A stretch of DNA of 63,629 nucleotides from assembly GCA_049607505.1 (NCBI GenBank), contig JBMYWO010000001.1:1-63629 (forward strand). Reading direction: 5' to 3'. Positions 28,873 through 38,854 of the stretch are shown here, piece by piece. The translations under genes were made by a program, and so were the position numbers. The number at the start of each line of letters is the position of its first letter. Position 1 is the first letter of the stretch. The stretch is from Polaribacter sp. Lineage in GTDB: Bacteria; Bacteroidota; Bacteroidia; Flavobacteriales; Flavobacteriaceae. A model generated the notes under the pieces. It saw only the letters and a program-made list of their open reading frames with translations. It had not been told where the DNA came from and did no database searches.

Positions 28873-29520
28873 TTAAGGTGATAATCGTTCCAATTTCCAA
28901 GAAAAATCTTTTTGCAAAGTATATCGTATTCTATCGTGCATTCTATTTGGGCGACCTTGCCAAAATTCAATAGAAACAGGTTTTACCAAATAACCTCCCC
29001 AATGTTTTGGTCGTGGAATTTCTTTTCTTTCAAATTTTTTCTGAAAGGCTGATAAATTTTTATCTAATGCTGTTCTTGAAGAAATAACCTTACTTTGGTT
29101 AGATGCCCAAGCACCCAACTTACTTCCGTCTGGGCGAGATTCAAAATAATCATCTGATAAATTTTCTGCAAGTTTTTCTGCTTTTCCTTTGATGATGATT
29201 TGCTGCTCCAACCCTGCCCAAAAAAAAGACAAACAGATATGATTGTTTTTTGCAATGGCTTTTCCTTTTTCTGAATGATAATTCGTATAAAAAATAAAAC
29301 CTTCCGAAGTATATTTTTTGAGCAAAACCACTCTGTTTTTTGGAAAACCGTCTAAACCAACTGAAGCAATTGTCATAGCATTGGCTTCATCAATCCATTC
29401 AGAATTGTCTGCATTGACAAACCATTTTTGAAACAACTCCATCGGATTTTCTGGACAATTGTTTTCTAAAAGTTCTTGTTTTTTGTAAGACTTTCTATGA
29501 TTACTTAAATCGTGCGACAT
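28873..29520 (-). CDS. pdxH: Pyridoxamine 5'-phosphate oxidase
   Basis: RVVLLK, FYTNY.SEKG, EFWQGR.NRMHDR, RLSP. Confidence 0.95.
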   Translation of the reverse strand: MSHDLSNHRKSYKKQELLENNCPENPMELFQKWFVNADNSEWIDEANAMTIASVGLDGFPKNRVVLLKKYTSEGFIFYTNYHSEKGKAIAKNNHICLSFFWAGLEQQIIIKGKAEKLAENLSDDYFESRPDGSKLGAWASNQSKVISSRTALDKNLSAFQKKFERKEIPRPKHWGGYLVKPVSIEFWQGRPNRMHDRIRYTLQKDFSWKLERLSP

Positions 29521-29623
29521 TAGTTAAAAATATATCTAATTGCTATGAAGCTTCTTATTCCTACCATTGACGTGTTTTACAACTATTTGTTTTTTTAAGA
29601 CATTATCTGAATTATTAAAATAA

Positions 29624-29752
29624 GTTCTCGATGTTTCGATAAACTCAACACAGGTCATTTTCTTTTTCATTCGAACTGACAGCTAGTTATCAATACATCC
29701 GTAGTGTCACATCGAGTGATTCCGATTTTTCATCGGAATTGTATCGAGATGT
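29624..29752. repeat. Pair of degenerate REP-like palindromic elements in opposite orientation
   Basis: Minus-strand GTCAGTTCGAATGA...TCGAGAAC and plus-strand GTCACATCGAGTGATTCCGAT-loop-ATCGGAATTGTATCGAGATG. Confidence 0.55.
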
Positions 29753-29789
29753 TAGTTTACGTCACCATAAACCGCTTGAGAAATTTTTT

Positions 29790-30032
29790 TACCTGATGCC
29801 TCTTTTTGTTAACTCAACAGGTTTTATTAAGTGTTTATCCAATTAATTTATCATTTTTCTAGCTTCTTTTAAAGGATATATTCTACCTGCCTTAATATCC
29901 TCTTCACCTTCAGCAATCATTTATCTAACAGTTTTTGATGTTTATATTCTTTTATAATTTGGTATAAATTTTTTAAAGAACTTTCATCTTCATTTTTGAC
30001 GATTTCCAATATTTCATTTCTAAAGTACTCAT
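29790..30032 (-). pseudogene. Degraded addiction-module antitoxin-like gene (possible toxin stub downstream)
   Basis: Fragments in shifting frames: RNEILEIVKNEDESSLK / LYQIIKEYKHQKLLD / MIAEGEEDIKAGRIYPLKEARKMI. Confidence 0.5.
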
Positions 30033-30123
30033 AACTTATTATTTTAGTAAAGATAATAAATCTTCATTTAAATAATGATAAAAGAAAAACCACAATTTTC
30101 ATTGTGGTTAGTTTTTGTATAAT

Positions 30124-30150
30124 GAGATTCCTGCTTGCGCAGGAATGACA
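30124..30150. repeat. REP-like palindromic element directly after the dnaN stop
   Basis: GAGATTCCTGC-TTGC-GCAGGAATGACA; related AGATTCCTACGGAATGACA at 42138-42156. Confidence 0.7.
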
Positions 30151-30152
30151 GA

Positions 30153-31271
30153 TTAGCTATTCAACATCACAGGCATTACCAACATGGTAACCTCTTCACC
30201 TTCTTCTGTGCCGTCAATAGGCGTTAAAATTCCTGCTCTGTTGGGTAGAGACATTTCTATGGTTACTTCATCAGAATTTAAGTTATTTAACATTTCGCCT
30301 AAAAAACGAGAATTAAAACCAATTTGCATATCATCACCTTGATAATCACAACTTAAACGTTCATCCGCTTTGTTAGAAAAATCGATATCTTCCGCAGAAA
30401 TATTTAATTCAGTTCCCGCCATTTTTAAACGAACTTGATGCGTAGTTTTACTAGAAAAAATAGAAACTCGTCGTACAGAATTTAAAAACGAAGCTCGATC
30501 AACCGTTAATTTATTTGGGTTTTCTTTAGGAATTACCGCTTCATAATTGGGATATTTTCCGTCAATTAAACGACAAACCAACACCACATTGTCAAAAGTA
30601 AATTTTGCATTCGCATTATTATATTCTATAACAACCTCACTATCAGAACCGTCTAAAACCCCTTTTAATAAATTCAGTGGTTTTTTTGGCATAATAAATT
30701 CAGCGGTTTGATCAGCTGTAACATCGGTTCTAGAATACTTTACCAATTTATGTGCATCAGTAGCCACAAAGGTTAAACTCTCTGAACTAAACTGAAAAAA
30801 AACACCGCTCATTACAGGGCGCATATCGTCATTTCCAGTAGCAAAAATTGTTTTGGAAATTGCCGTTCCTAATACGTGTGCAGGAAGTACCGTTTTACTT
30901 GGCGATGGCAAAGAAATTGCTTTCGGAAATTCATCTCCGTCAAAAAAAGCCATATCATATTTTCCTTGGTCAGAACTAATTTCTAGCGTATTATTTTCAT
31001 TCGTTTTAAACGTTAAAGGCTGGTTAGGAAATGTCTTTAAAGTATCTAATAACAAATTGATAGAAATGGCTATAGAACCTTCACTATCACTCTCTACATC
31101 AACTACAGAACTCATGGTGGTTTCTAAATCTGAGGCAGAAATTTTTAGCTGATTTTCAGACAATTCAAATAAAAAATTATCTAAAATCGATAAGGTATTA
31201 TTATTATTTTTAACGCCACCTAAAACTTGTAATTGTCTTAATAATTGCGAACTAGATACGATGAATTTCAT
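30153..31271 (-). CDS. dnaN: DNA polymerase III beta sliding clamp
   Basis: ILDNFLF, ASDLE, VATDAHKL, RLIDGKYPNY, GFNSRFL, LVMPV. Confidence 0.97.
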   Translation of the reverse strand: MKFIVSSSQLLRQLQVLGGVKNNNNTLSILDNFLFELSENQLKISASDLETTMSSVVDVESDSEGSIAISINLLLDTLKTFPNQPLTFKTNENNTLEISSDQGKYDMAFFDGDEFPKAISLPSPSKTVLPAHVLGTAISKTIFATGNDDMRPVMSGVFFQFSSESLTFVATDAHKLVKYSRTDVTADQTAEFIMPKKPLNLLKGVLDGSDSEVVIEYNNANAKFTFDNVVLVCRLIDGKYPNYEAVIPKENPNKLTVDRASFLNSVRRVSIFSSKTTHQVRLKMAGTELNISAEDIDFSNKADERLSCDYQGDDMQIGFNSRFLGEMLNNLNSDEVTIEMSLPNRAGILTPIDGTEEGEEVTMLVMPVMLNS

Positions 31272-31299
31272 TGATTTTCCTTTTTTATGAAATGAAATA

Positions 31300-31344
31300 C
31301 AAAGATATTCTAAATAAGTGATTTTAAAAATATATTTATCAACA
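31300..31344 (-). promoter_or_regulatory. dnaN promoter (-7 TATCTTTG) with an upstream DnaA-box-like 9-mer
   Basis: CAAAGATA at 31300-31307; TTATCAACA at 31336-31344 (one mismatch to TTWTNCACA). Confidence 0.5.
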
Positions 31345-31377
31345 GTTTATCTACCCATATAAGAAATAAAAAAACAA

Positions 31378-31409
31378 TTTGATATAGAACTAAATATTAG
31401 TTAAGTTTG
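31378..31409 (+). promoter_or_regulatory. Bacteroidota promoter (TTTG-N20-TAAGTTTG) for the MTase-DUF262-HEPN operon
   Basis: Both -33 and -7 elements present with canonical spacing. Confidence 0.65.
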
Positions 31410-31428
31410 TTAGTTAAAACTATATGTA

Positions 31429-32481
31429 ATGTTTTCTAGTAAAGTAATTGATTTATTTTGTGGTATTGGAGGTCTTTCTTATGGTTTTGTTAAAGAAGGT
31501 TTTGATGTTGTAGCTGGTGTAGATACTGATGAATCTTGCAAATATGCCTTTGAGATTAATAACAAAGCTAAGTTTATATCTAAAAGCATAACAGAAATCT
31601 CAGGAGAATACCTCAATAGTTTTTTTGATAAGAGCCTTAAAATTTTAGTTGGTTGTGCTCCTTGTCAGCCATTTTCATCTTATTCATTTAAAGATAAAGA
31701 AAAAAAAGATGGAAAATGGAAATTGCTATACGAATTTAGTAGGTTAATAAAAGAGACTAATCCTACTATTGTATCTATGGAAAATGTTTCTCAATTAATT
31801 AATTTTAAGAAAGAACCCGTTTTTGATAACTTTGTTAAAGATTTAAAAAAAATGGGATATTTTGTTTCTTACGAAGTTGTTAGTTGTCCAGATTATGGAA
31901 TACCTCAAAGTAGGAGAAGATTAGTTTTATTAGCGTCTAAATTAGGAGAAATAAACTTGATTCCTAAAACACATAATAAAGACAATTATATAACAGTTAA
32001 AGACACAATTGGGTCTTTGCCAAAAATTAATGATGGAGTAAAAAATAATAAAGACAGATTACATATTGCAAGAAAACTTTCCCCATTAAATAAAAAAAGA
32101 ATTGAAAGCACACCTTATGGTGGAAGTTGGAAAGATTGGAATGAAGAACTTGTATTAGAATGCCATAAAAAAGAATCTGGGAAATCTTACCCAAGTGTAT
32201 ATGGAAGAATGGTTTGGGAAAAGCCTTCACCTACTATAACTACCCACTGTATTGGTTATGGAAACGGAAGATTTGGTCATCCAGAACAAGATAGGGCTAT
32301 TTCTCTTAGAGAGGCAGCTTTACTTCAAACGTTTCCTTTAAAATATAAATTCTATAATAAAAAAAAGGAAAATGTTTCTACTGTTAAAATTGCAAGACAG
32401 TTAGGAAACGCTGTTCCTGTTAAACTAGGAGAAGTTGTTGCCAAAAGTATAAAAGAGCATTTAAAAATATATATAAAATAG
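31429..32481 (+). CDS. DNA (cytosine-5)-methyltransferase
   Basis: Motifs I DLFCGIGG, IV APCQPFS, VI ENV, VIII PQSRRR, X RQLGNAVP. Confidence 0.95.
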   Translation: MFSSKVIDLFCGIGGLSYGFVKEGFDVVAGVDTDESCKYAFEINNKAKFISKSITEISGEYLNSFFDKSLKILVGCAPCQPFSSYSFKDKEKKDGKWKLLYEFSRLIKETNPTIVSMENVSQLINFKKEPVFDNFVKDLKKMGYFVSYEVVSCPDYGIPQSRRRLVLLASKLGEINLIPKTHNKDNYITVKDTIGSLPKINDGVKNNKDRLHIARKLSPLNKKRIESTPYGGSWKDWNEELVLECHKKESGKSYPSVYGRMVWEKPSPTITTHCIGYGNGRFGHPEQDRAISLREAALLQTFPLKYKFYNKKKENVSTVKIARQLGNAVPVKLGEVVAKSIKEHLKIYIK

Positions 32482-32484
32482 GTT

Positions 32485-33588
32485 ATGGAAAATCATTCTT
32501 CATTAGAATTAGAAAACCAAATTAAAAGTTTACAAAGAGATTATAATTACAATCTAAAAGACTTTACAATTGAACTTGCATTAAGTAAATTTAAAGGTAA
32601 AGATTTTGATTATGAAAATCATTCTGGATTGTCATCAGTAATATATATTCCCAAGTATCAGAGAGATTATGTTTGGAAAAATGATATGAAATGTAAGTTT
32701 ATTGAGTCTTTGATGTTAGGCATTCCTATGCCACCTCTTTTTGCTTTTACTTTAGATGATTCAGGTAATATGGAATTAATAGATGGTGTACAAAGATTAA
32801 CAACTATCCAAGATTTTGTTAATGATAAATTTAAAATATCTGAATTAGACTTATTAGATAAATTAAATGACATGAAATTTAAGGATTTGCATCCCTCAAG
32901 ACAACGGAAATTTAAAGATTTAGGTTTGAGGATTTTTATTTTTTCTGAAGAGGCAGATGCTGGTATTAGAGCAGATATATATAACCGTATAAATTCTACA
33001 GGTAAAAAATTGACAGAAGCAGAGATTAGAAAAGGAGCCTTTATGAGTAATTCTTTTTATAATTTTGTGTTAGAGCTTTCAGAAGGAAAAGTTTTTAATA
33101 ATATGTATACATCAACCAAGCCTACGAATAAATTAAGAGGCGAAAAAGAAGAATTAGTTTCAAGGTTTTTTGCTTATTCAGATAGATATCATGATTTTGT
33201 ACATTCAGTAAAACATTTTATTAATAAGTATATAACTGATAAAGGTTTATCATTTGATGAAAATGAAAAAAGAATCAAAAAAGAAGAATTTGAAAATGTA
33301 ATGCGTTTTGTAGAACGTTATTTCCCTAATGGGTTTAACAAAACCTCAACTTCGAAAGCTATACCTAGGGTTAGATTTGAAGCAATAGCAATTGGAACAA
33401 ACTTAGCTTTAAGAGATAAAAAAGATTTAGTGCCAGCATATATGGATTGGGTAGATTCAAAAGAATTCAAACGCCATACTACTTCTGACGCGGCTAATAA
33501 TAAAAGTAAATTAGTAGGTAGAATAGAGTTTGTTAAAAACTGTTTGCTAAATATAATTACAAAAGAGGAATTAACTTATCAAGAATAA
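32485..33588 (+). CDS. DUF262 (ParB/Srx-like, GmrS-type) domain protein
   Basis: IPKYQRDYVW, IESLMLGIP, IDGVQRLTT, YNRINSTG..LT..EIR; no HNH domain seen. Confidence 0.9.
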   Translation: MENHSSLELENQIKSLQRDYNYNLKDFTIELALSKFKGKDFDYENHSGLSSVIYIPKYQRDYVWKNDMKCKFIESLMLGIPMPPLFAFTLDDSGNMELIDGVQRLTTIQDFVNDKFKISELDLLDKLNDMKFKDLHPSRQRKFKDLGLRIFIFSEEADAGIRADIYNRINSTGKKLTEAEIRKGAFMSNSFYNFVLELSEGKVFNNMYTSTKPTNKLRGEKEELVSRFFAYSDRYHDFVHSVKHFINKYITDKGLSFDENEKRIKKEEFENVMRFVERYFPNGFNKTSTSKAIPRVRFEAIAIGTNLALRDKKDLVPAYMDWVDSKEFKRHTTSDAANNKSKLVGRIEFVKNCLLNIITKEELTYQE

Positions 33589-33594
33589 TCTAGT

Positions 33595-34317
33595 ATGAAC
33601 TCATTAATAAGAGACGAATTTGAATCTCGCATTTTAGAAGTTGATAAATATTTTGATTTTATAGAAAGGATAGATAATGGCTATCAGCTGTTAAATGATT
33701 TTGAAAAGGAGACTTTTATTATTGATGATGACTTATTAAAAATTCTTAAAGCCAATAGTTTTCTTATACTATATAATCTGATAGAATCTACAATTTTAAA
33801 TTGCATAGTTGGAATATTTGATGAAATTAAGACAGAAAATTTATCGTATAAAGATGTTACACAAAGTATAAAAATATATTGGTCAAAGAATATATATAGG
33901 TTTGATGAAAAAATAAAAGAAGACAGATTAATAAGAGAGAAATTTTATAATATAGTTGAAAGAATTATTTCTGATATTGCATTAGAAATCTCTGATAGAA
34001 TAGAGTATGGAGGTAGTATTGATGCAAAGAAAATTCATAAAATTGCTAAAGATTTAGAAATTGTTTTTCCACTAAATCACTATAAAGAAAACTTACATGG
34101 GAAAGTTTTTTCAGATATAAAAAAAAATAGAAATGATTTAGCGCACGGAAAAAAATCTTTTTCAGATATAGGTAAAAATGTTACTTATACAGGAAATGAG
34201 ATGATTAAACAATTAGGGTTAAAACACTTTAAAAATTATACTATTGAGCATTTAGGTGTTTTTATTAGTTCAGTTGAAAAGTATCTAATAAACAAATCTT
34301 ACAAAAATATAGGTTGA
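33595..34317 (+). CDS. HEPN-domain nuclease, MAE_28990/MAE_18760-like
   Basis: LKANSFLILYNLIE N-terminal motif and Rx4H motif RNDLAHG. Confidence 0.85.
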   Translation: MNSLIRDEFESRILEVDKYFDFIERIDNGYQLLNDFEKETFIIDDDLLKILKANSFLILYNLIESTILNCIVGIFDEIKTENLSYKDVTQSIKIYWSKNIYRFDEKIKEDRLIREKFYNIVERIISDIALEISDRIEYGGSIDAKKIHKIAKDLEIVFPLNHYKENLHGKVFSDIKKNRNDLAHGKKSFSDIGKNVTYTGNEMIKQLGLKHFKNYTIEHLGVFISSVEKYLINKSYKNIG

Positions 34318-34491
34318 TTTTTTAAATACAAATAGGTAATACTTACCCACTTACCCTTAATCAATTTAAAAAGATATTATTATCACTATGGCATTTTTTT
34401 AAATACGAATTCCCTCTAGACTAATATGTGTTAATAGAATATTCTTAATTAGAAAAAAACCTACATTTGTTTCACTCATCAAACCAATAAT

Positions 34492-36978
34492 ATGAAAAAA
34501 ACCATCGTTTTTATATGCGCTCTCTTCTTAATTTCTCTATCCGTTTTTTCACAGAAACCACAAAAACTGACTTCAAATCAGATGTATGAAAAACTTCAGA
34601 AACTCAATTTTTTAGGAACAGCTTTATACATTGCAGCGCATCCTGATGATGAAAACACACGTTTAATTGCCTATTTGTCTAATCACGTAAAAGCAAGAAC
34701 TGGCTATTTGTCATTAACCCGTGGAGATGGAGGACAAAATTTAATTGGTTCAGAAATTAGAGAATTATTAGGTGTGATTAGAACGCAAGAATTATTGGCA
34801 GCTAGAAGCGTTGACGGAGGCGAACAATTTTTTACAAGAGCAAACGATTTTGGCTATTCGAAGCATCCCGAAGAAACCTTAAAAATTTGGGACAAACAGA
34901 AAGTATTAAGCGATGTTGTTTGGGCAATTAGAACCTTTAAACCCGATGTAATTATCAATCGGTTTAATCATAGAACACCAGGAACCACACACGGACATCA
35001 TACAAGTTCTGCCATAGTAAGCGTAGAAGCTTTTGATTTGGCAGGTGATAAAAAACAGTTTTCTGACCAATTAAAATTGACAGAAACGTGGACACCAAAA
35101 CGTTTGTTTTTTAATACGTCTTCTTGGTTTTACAGAGATAAAGAAAAATTTAAAAAAGCATCGCAAGAATTTACTTCTTTTGATGTAGGTGTATATTATC
35201 CGTTAAAAGGACTGTCTAACAACGAGTTAGCATCTATGGCTAGCAGTCAACATTTATGTCAAGGATTTGGTAGATTAACTACAAGAGGAAGCCAGACGGA
35301 ATATGTAGAGTTTTTAAAAGGTGATCAACCCAAAGATAAAAACGATATTTTTTCAGGAATAAATACTACTTGGAATCGTATAAAAGGTGGAGGTGAAATT
35401 GGCGATATTTTGTATGAAATTGAAGAAAATTTCGATTTTGTACATCCGTCTAAACATATTTCGAAATTATTAGAAGCCTATCAAAAAATTAAAAGGTTAG
35501 AAGATTCTCATTGGCGAAAAATTAAAGAAAAACAACTATTAGAAATCATTGAAGCCTGTGCAGGTTTGTACCTAGAAGCATCAGCAATAAGCTCTAGCGG
35601 AACACCAAATTCTACAATTGATGTCAATTTTGAAGTGTTAAATAGAAGTGATATACATATTGAATTGACTTCCATTATATCCACTATTGATAAAAAAACG
35701 ATTGTGAAAAAAATTGATTTATCTGAAAATAAAAAAGTAAGTTTTAAAGAAACAATCAACCTAAAAGCAAATGAATTTTCAGACCCATATTGGTTAAGAG
35801 AAAAAGCATCTTTAGGAATGTATCGTGTTGATAATCAAGAATTAATTGGTAATCCTGAAACGCCAAGAGCCACAAAAATAGATTTCAATATATTGATTGA
35901 TGAAGTGCCAATTACGATTACAAAAAACATCATTAGAAGATATGCAGAAAGAGACAAAGGCGAAATTTATGAACCGTTTGAAGTTTTACCAAAAGTAACG
36001 ACTAGACTAAAAAACAAAGTAATTATTTTTTCTGATGATACGCCTCAAAAAGTGCAGGTGGAGGTTAGGGCAGGAGCGAATACTATAAAAGGCGATGTGC
36101 GTTTATTTGCCCCTAAAAATTGGACCGTTTCACCGAAAACGATTTTGTTTGAAATTGATAAAAAAAGTGATAAACAGGTGGTAGAATTTTTAGTAACCCC
36201 GCCTAAAAATCAATCCGAAGGAAAATTGGAAGCAATCATTACTTCTAACAAAAAAATGTACGATAAAGAATTGATTGAAATTAACTACAATCATATTCCT
36301 AAACAATCGGTTTTAGTAACTTCTGAAGCAAAAATTGTTCGATTAAATATACAAAAAGTAGGAAAAACGATTGGTTATATAAAAGGTGCAGGCGATGCAA
36401 TTCCTGAAAGTTTACGACAAATAGGATATACCGTTTTAACCATAAATCCGTCAGAAATTACAGAAGAAAACCTACATAAATTTGATGCTATTGTCCTTGG
36501 AATCAGAGCTTATAATGTGGTAAAAGAGTTAAAATTCAAACAAAAATATTTACTAGAATATGTAAAAAAAGGAGGAACTCTAATTGTGCAATACAACACA
36601 AATAGAAGAGTAGATGTTGCTGCTCCATACCCTCTAAATCTCTCTAGAGATAGAGTTACAGATGAGTTTGCTGAAGTTAGAATTTTAGATAAAAATCATC
36701 CGCTTTTAAATTTTCCGAATAAAATTACCCATCAAGATTTTGAAGGTTGGGTGCAAGAAAGAGGCTTGTATTTTCCAAATTCGTGGGATGCTGCATATAC
36801 CCCAATTCTATCTATGAATGACAAGGGCGAAACTCCAAAAAACGGAAGTTTATTGATCGCCAAATACGGTAAAGGAAATTATATCTATACAGGATTAAGT
36901 TTTTTTAGAGAATTGCCTGCGGGGGTTTCTGGGGCGTATAAATTATTTGCGAATATGTTGTCTGTGGGGAAAGAGTAG
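34492..36978 (+). CDS. PIG-L/LmbE-family deacetylase, multidomain, secreted
   Basis: AAHPDDE, TRGDGGQN, HGHH; C-terminal GWVQERGLYF; TACATTTG promoter at 34462-34469. Confidence 0.9.
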   Translation: MKKTIVFICALFLISLSVFSQKPQKLTSNQMYEKLQKLNFLGTALYIAAHPDDENTRLIAYLSNHVKARTGYLSLTRGDGGQNLIGSEIRELLGVIRTQELLAARSVDGGEQFFTRANDFGYSKHPEETLKIWDKQKVLSDVVWAIRTFKPDVIINRFNHRTPGTTHGHHTSSAIVSVEAFDLAGDKKQFSDQLKLTETWTPKRLFFNTSSWFYRDKEKFKKASQEFTSFDVGVYYPLKGLSNNELASMASSQHLCQGFGRLTTRGSQTEYVEFLKGDQPKDKNDIFSGINTTWNRIKGGGEIGDILYEIEENFDFVHPSKHISKLLEAYQKIKRLEDSHWRKIKEKQLLEIIEACAGLYLEASAISSSGTPNSTIDVNFEVLNRSDIHIELTSIISTIDKKTIVKKIDLSENKKVSFKETINLKANEFSDPYWLREKASLGMYRVDNQELIGNPETPRATKIDFNILIDEVPITITKNIIRRYAERDKGEIYEPFEVLPKVTTRLKNKVIIFSDDTPQKVQVEVRAGANTIKGDVRLFAPKNWTVSPKTILFEIDKKSDKQVVEFLVTPPKNQSEGKLEAIITSNKKMYDKELIEINYNHIPKQSVLVTSEAKIVRLNIQKVGKTIGYIKGAGDAIPESLRQIGYTVLTINPSEITEENLHKFDAIVLGIRAYNVVKELKFKQKYLLEYVKKGGTLIVQYNTNRRVDVAAPYPLNLSRDRVTDEFAEVRILDKNHPLLNFPNKITHQDFEGWVQERGLYFPNSWDAAYTPILSMNDKGETPKNGSLLIAKYGKGNYIYTGLSFFRELPAGVSGAYKLFANMLSVGKE

Positions 36979-37030
36979 GTTTCAAGTTTGAAAGTTTCAG
37001 GTTTCAAAAGTTTTAGGTTTCAGGTTTCAA
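36978..37030. repeat. Degenerate 7-bp tandem repeat (GGTTTCA-like)
   Basis: ggtttca agtttga aagtttca ggtttca aa agtttta ggtttca ggtttca. Confidence 0.65.
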
Positions 37031-37048
37031 TTACACATTCAAATAATA

Positions 37049-37159
37049 ATGATGAATCAACAAAAATACACTTGGAAAAAAACATATACGCTAGTTTTAG
37101 TTGCTAATCTTATTTATGTAATACTGTTTTACCTCATCACAAATTTTTATCATTTTTAA
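37049..37159 (+). CDS. 36-aa single-TM protein upstream of sodium:solute symporter (not in ORF track)
   Basis: MMNQQKYTWKKTYTLVLVANLIYVILFYLITNFYHF; ends 9 bp before the symporter start. Confidence 0.65.
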   Translation: MMNQQKYTWKKTYTLVLVANLIYVILFYLITNFYHF

Positions 37160-37168
37160 ACGCTATAT

Positions 37169-38854
37169 ATGCAAACTTTAGATTGGGTTGTTCTGTCGAT
37201 AACATTGTTGTTTATAGTGGTTTATGGTACGTATGTTACCCGAAAAAACAACAGCGTTCAAGATTATATAAAAGGCGGTAATGATACAAAATGGTGGACC
37301 ATTGGTTTGTCTGTTATGGCAACTCAGGCCAGTGCTATTACGTTTTTATCTACACCTGGGCAAGCCTTTCATAGCGGTATGGGTTTTGTGCAATTTTACT
37401 TTGGATTGCCTATTGCAATGGTCATTATTTGTATCGTTTTTATCCCAATTTATCATAAGCTAAAAGTTTATACGGCTTATGAGTTTTTAGAAGGAAGATT
37501 CGATTTAAAAACTAGAAGTTTAGCAGCTATTTTATTTTTAATTCAACGTGGATTAGCAGCAGGAATTACCATTTTTGCGCCAGCAATTATTTTGAGTGCA
37601 GTGTTGGGTTGGGATTTACTAACACTCAATATTATCATCGGTTTTTTAGTGATTATTTATACCGTTTCTGGAGGAACAAAAGCCGTAAATGTTACCCAAA
37701 AACAACAAATGATTATCATTTTTGTAGGAATGCTCATTGCATTTTATATGATTATAAATCAGCTTCCTGCGGATATAACATTTGCAAAAGCATTAGAAAT
37801 TGCAGGGGCAAGTGGAAAAATGGAAGTACTAGATTTTTCATTTGATTTAAGTAACAGATACACCGTTTGGACAGGTATTTTAGGCGGAACGTTCTTGATG
37901 CTTTCCTATTTCGGAACCGACCAAAGTCAAGTACAACGGTATTTGTCTGGAAAATCGGTAAGAGAAAGTCAATTAGGATTGATTTTTAACGGATTGCTAA
38001 AAGTACCAATGCAATTTTTTATCCTGTTAGTAGGAGTGATGGTTTTTGTGTTTTATCAATTTAACGCATCGCCTTTAAATTTTAATCCGAAAGCAAATGA
38101 AGCGATTGCAAATTCTAAATACGTTGGTGATTACCAGCAGTTAGAAGCAGCACACATCCACATAGAAAACACAAAAAAAACAATTTTAAGTGATGGATTT
38201 CAAGTAGAAGAGAAAAATCAAATTCAATCTTTAAACGCCAAAGATTTGGAATTAAAAAATGCTGCAAAAGAAATTATTAAAAAAATTGATGAACAATCCA
38301 TTGAAAAAATTGAATCGAATGATAAAGATTATGTATTTATCCACTTCATTTTAAATAATTTACCTCGTGGTTTAATAGGATTATTATTGGCAGTCATTTT
38401 ATCGGCAGCCATGTCATCTACGGCTTCAGAATTAAATGCCTTGGCATCTACAACAACCATCGATTTATACAAACGAAATCTCAATGAAGAACGAAGTGAA
38501 GCGCATTATGTAAACGCTTCAAAATGGTTTACATTGGCTTGGGGTATTCTCGCTATTTCGGTAGCTTGTGTAGCTAACTTATTTGATAATTTAATTCAGT
38601 TGGTAAATATTATAGGTTCTATTTTCTACGGAAATGTATTGGGAATTTTCTTACTAGCATTTTTTATAAAATTTGTAAAAGGAAATGCCGTTTTTATTGC
38701 AGCAATCATCACACAAATTTTAATCATCATAGTTTGGTATGTAGATTGGCTACCTTATTTATGGTTAAATTTATTAGGTTGTGTTTTGGTCATGGGAATA
38801 GCAATGATTATTCAATTTTTTATTGTTTCGGATGATGAAAATTTAGGGGGATAA
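37169..38854 (+). CDS. Sodium:solute symporter (SSS family)
   Basis: SVMATQASAITF, TAYEFLEGRF, GTDQSQVQRYL, SAAMSS. Confidence 0.93.
   Translation: MQTLDWVVLSITLLFIVVYGTYVTRKNNSVQDYIKGGNDTKWWTIGLSVMATQASAITFLSTPGQAFHSGMGFVQFYFGLPIAMVIICIVFIPIYHKLKVYTAYEFLEGRFDLKTRSLAAILFLIQRGLAAGITIFAPAIILSAVLGWDLLTLNIIIGFLVIIYTVSGGTKAVNVTQKQQMIIIFVGMLIAFYMIINQLPADITFAKALEIAGASGKMEVLDFSFDLSNRYTVWTGILGGTFLMLSYFGTDQSQVQRYLSGKSVRESQLGLIFNGLLKVPMQFFILLVGVMVFVFYQFNASPLNFNPKANEAIANSKYVGDYQQLEAAHIHIENTKKTILSDGFQVEEKNQIQSLNAKDLELKNAAKEIIKKIDEQSIEKIESNDKDYVFIHFILNNLPRGLIGLLLAVILSAAMSSTASELNALASTTTIDLYKRNLNEERSEAHYVNASKWFTLAWGILAISVACVANLFDNLIQLVNIIGSIFYGNVLGIFLLAFFIKFVKGNAVFIAAIITQILIIIVWYVDWLPYLWLNLLGCVLVMGIAMIIQFFIVSDDENLGG

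Noticed and set aside
31272-31428. Replication origin next to dnaN
   Set aside because: Only one near-consensus DnaA box, short region, no dnaA; dnaN is commonly unlinked from oriC in Bacteroidota.
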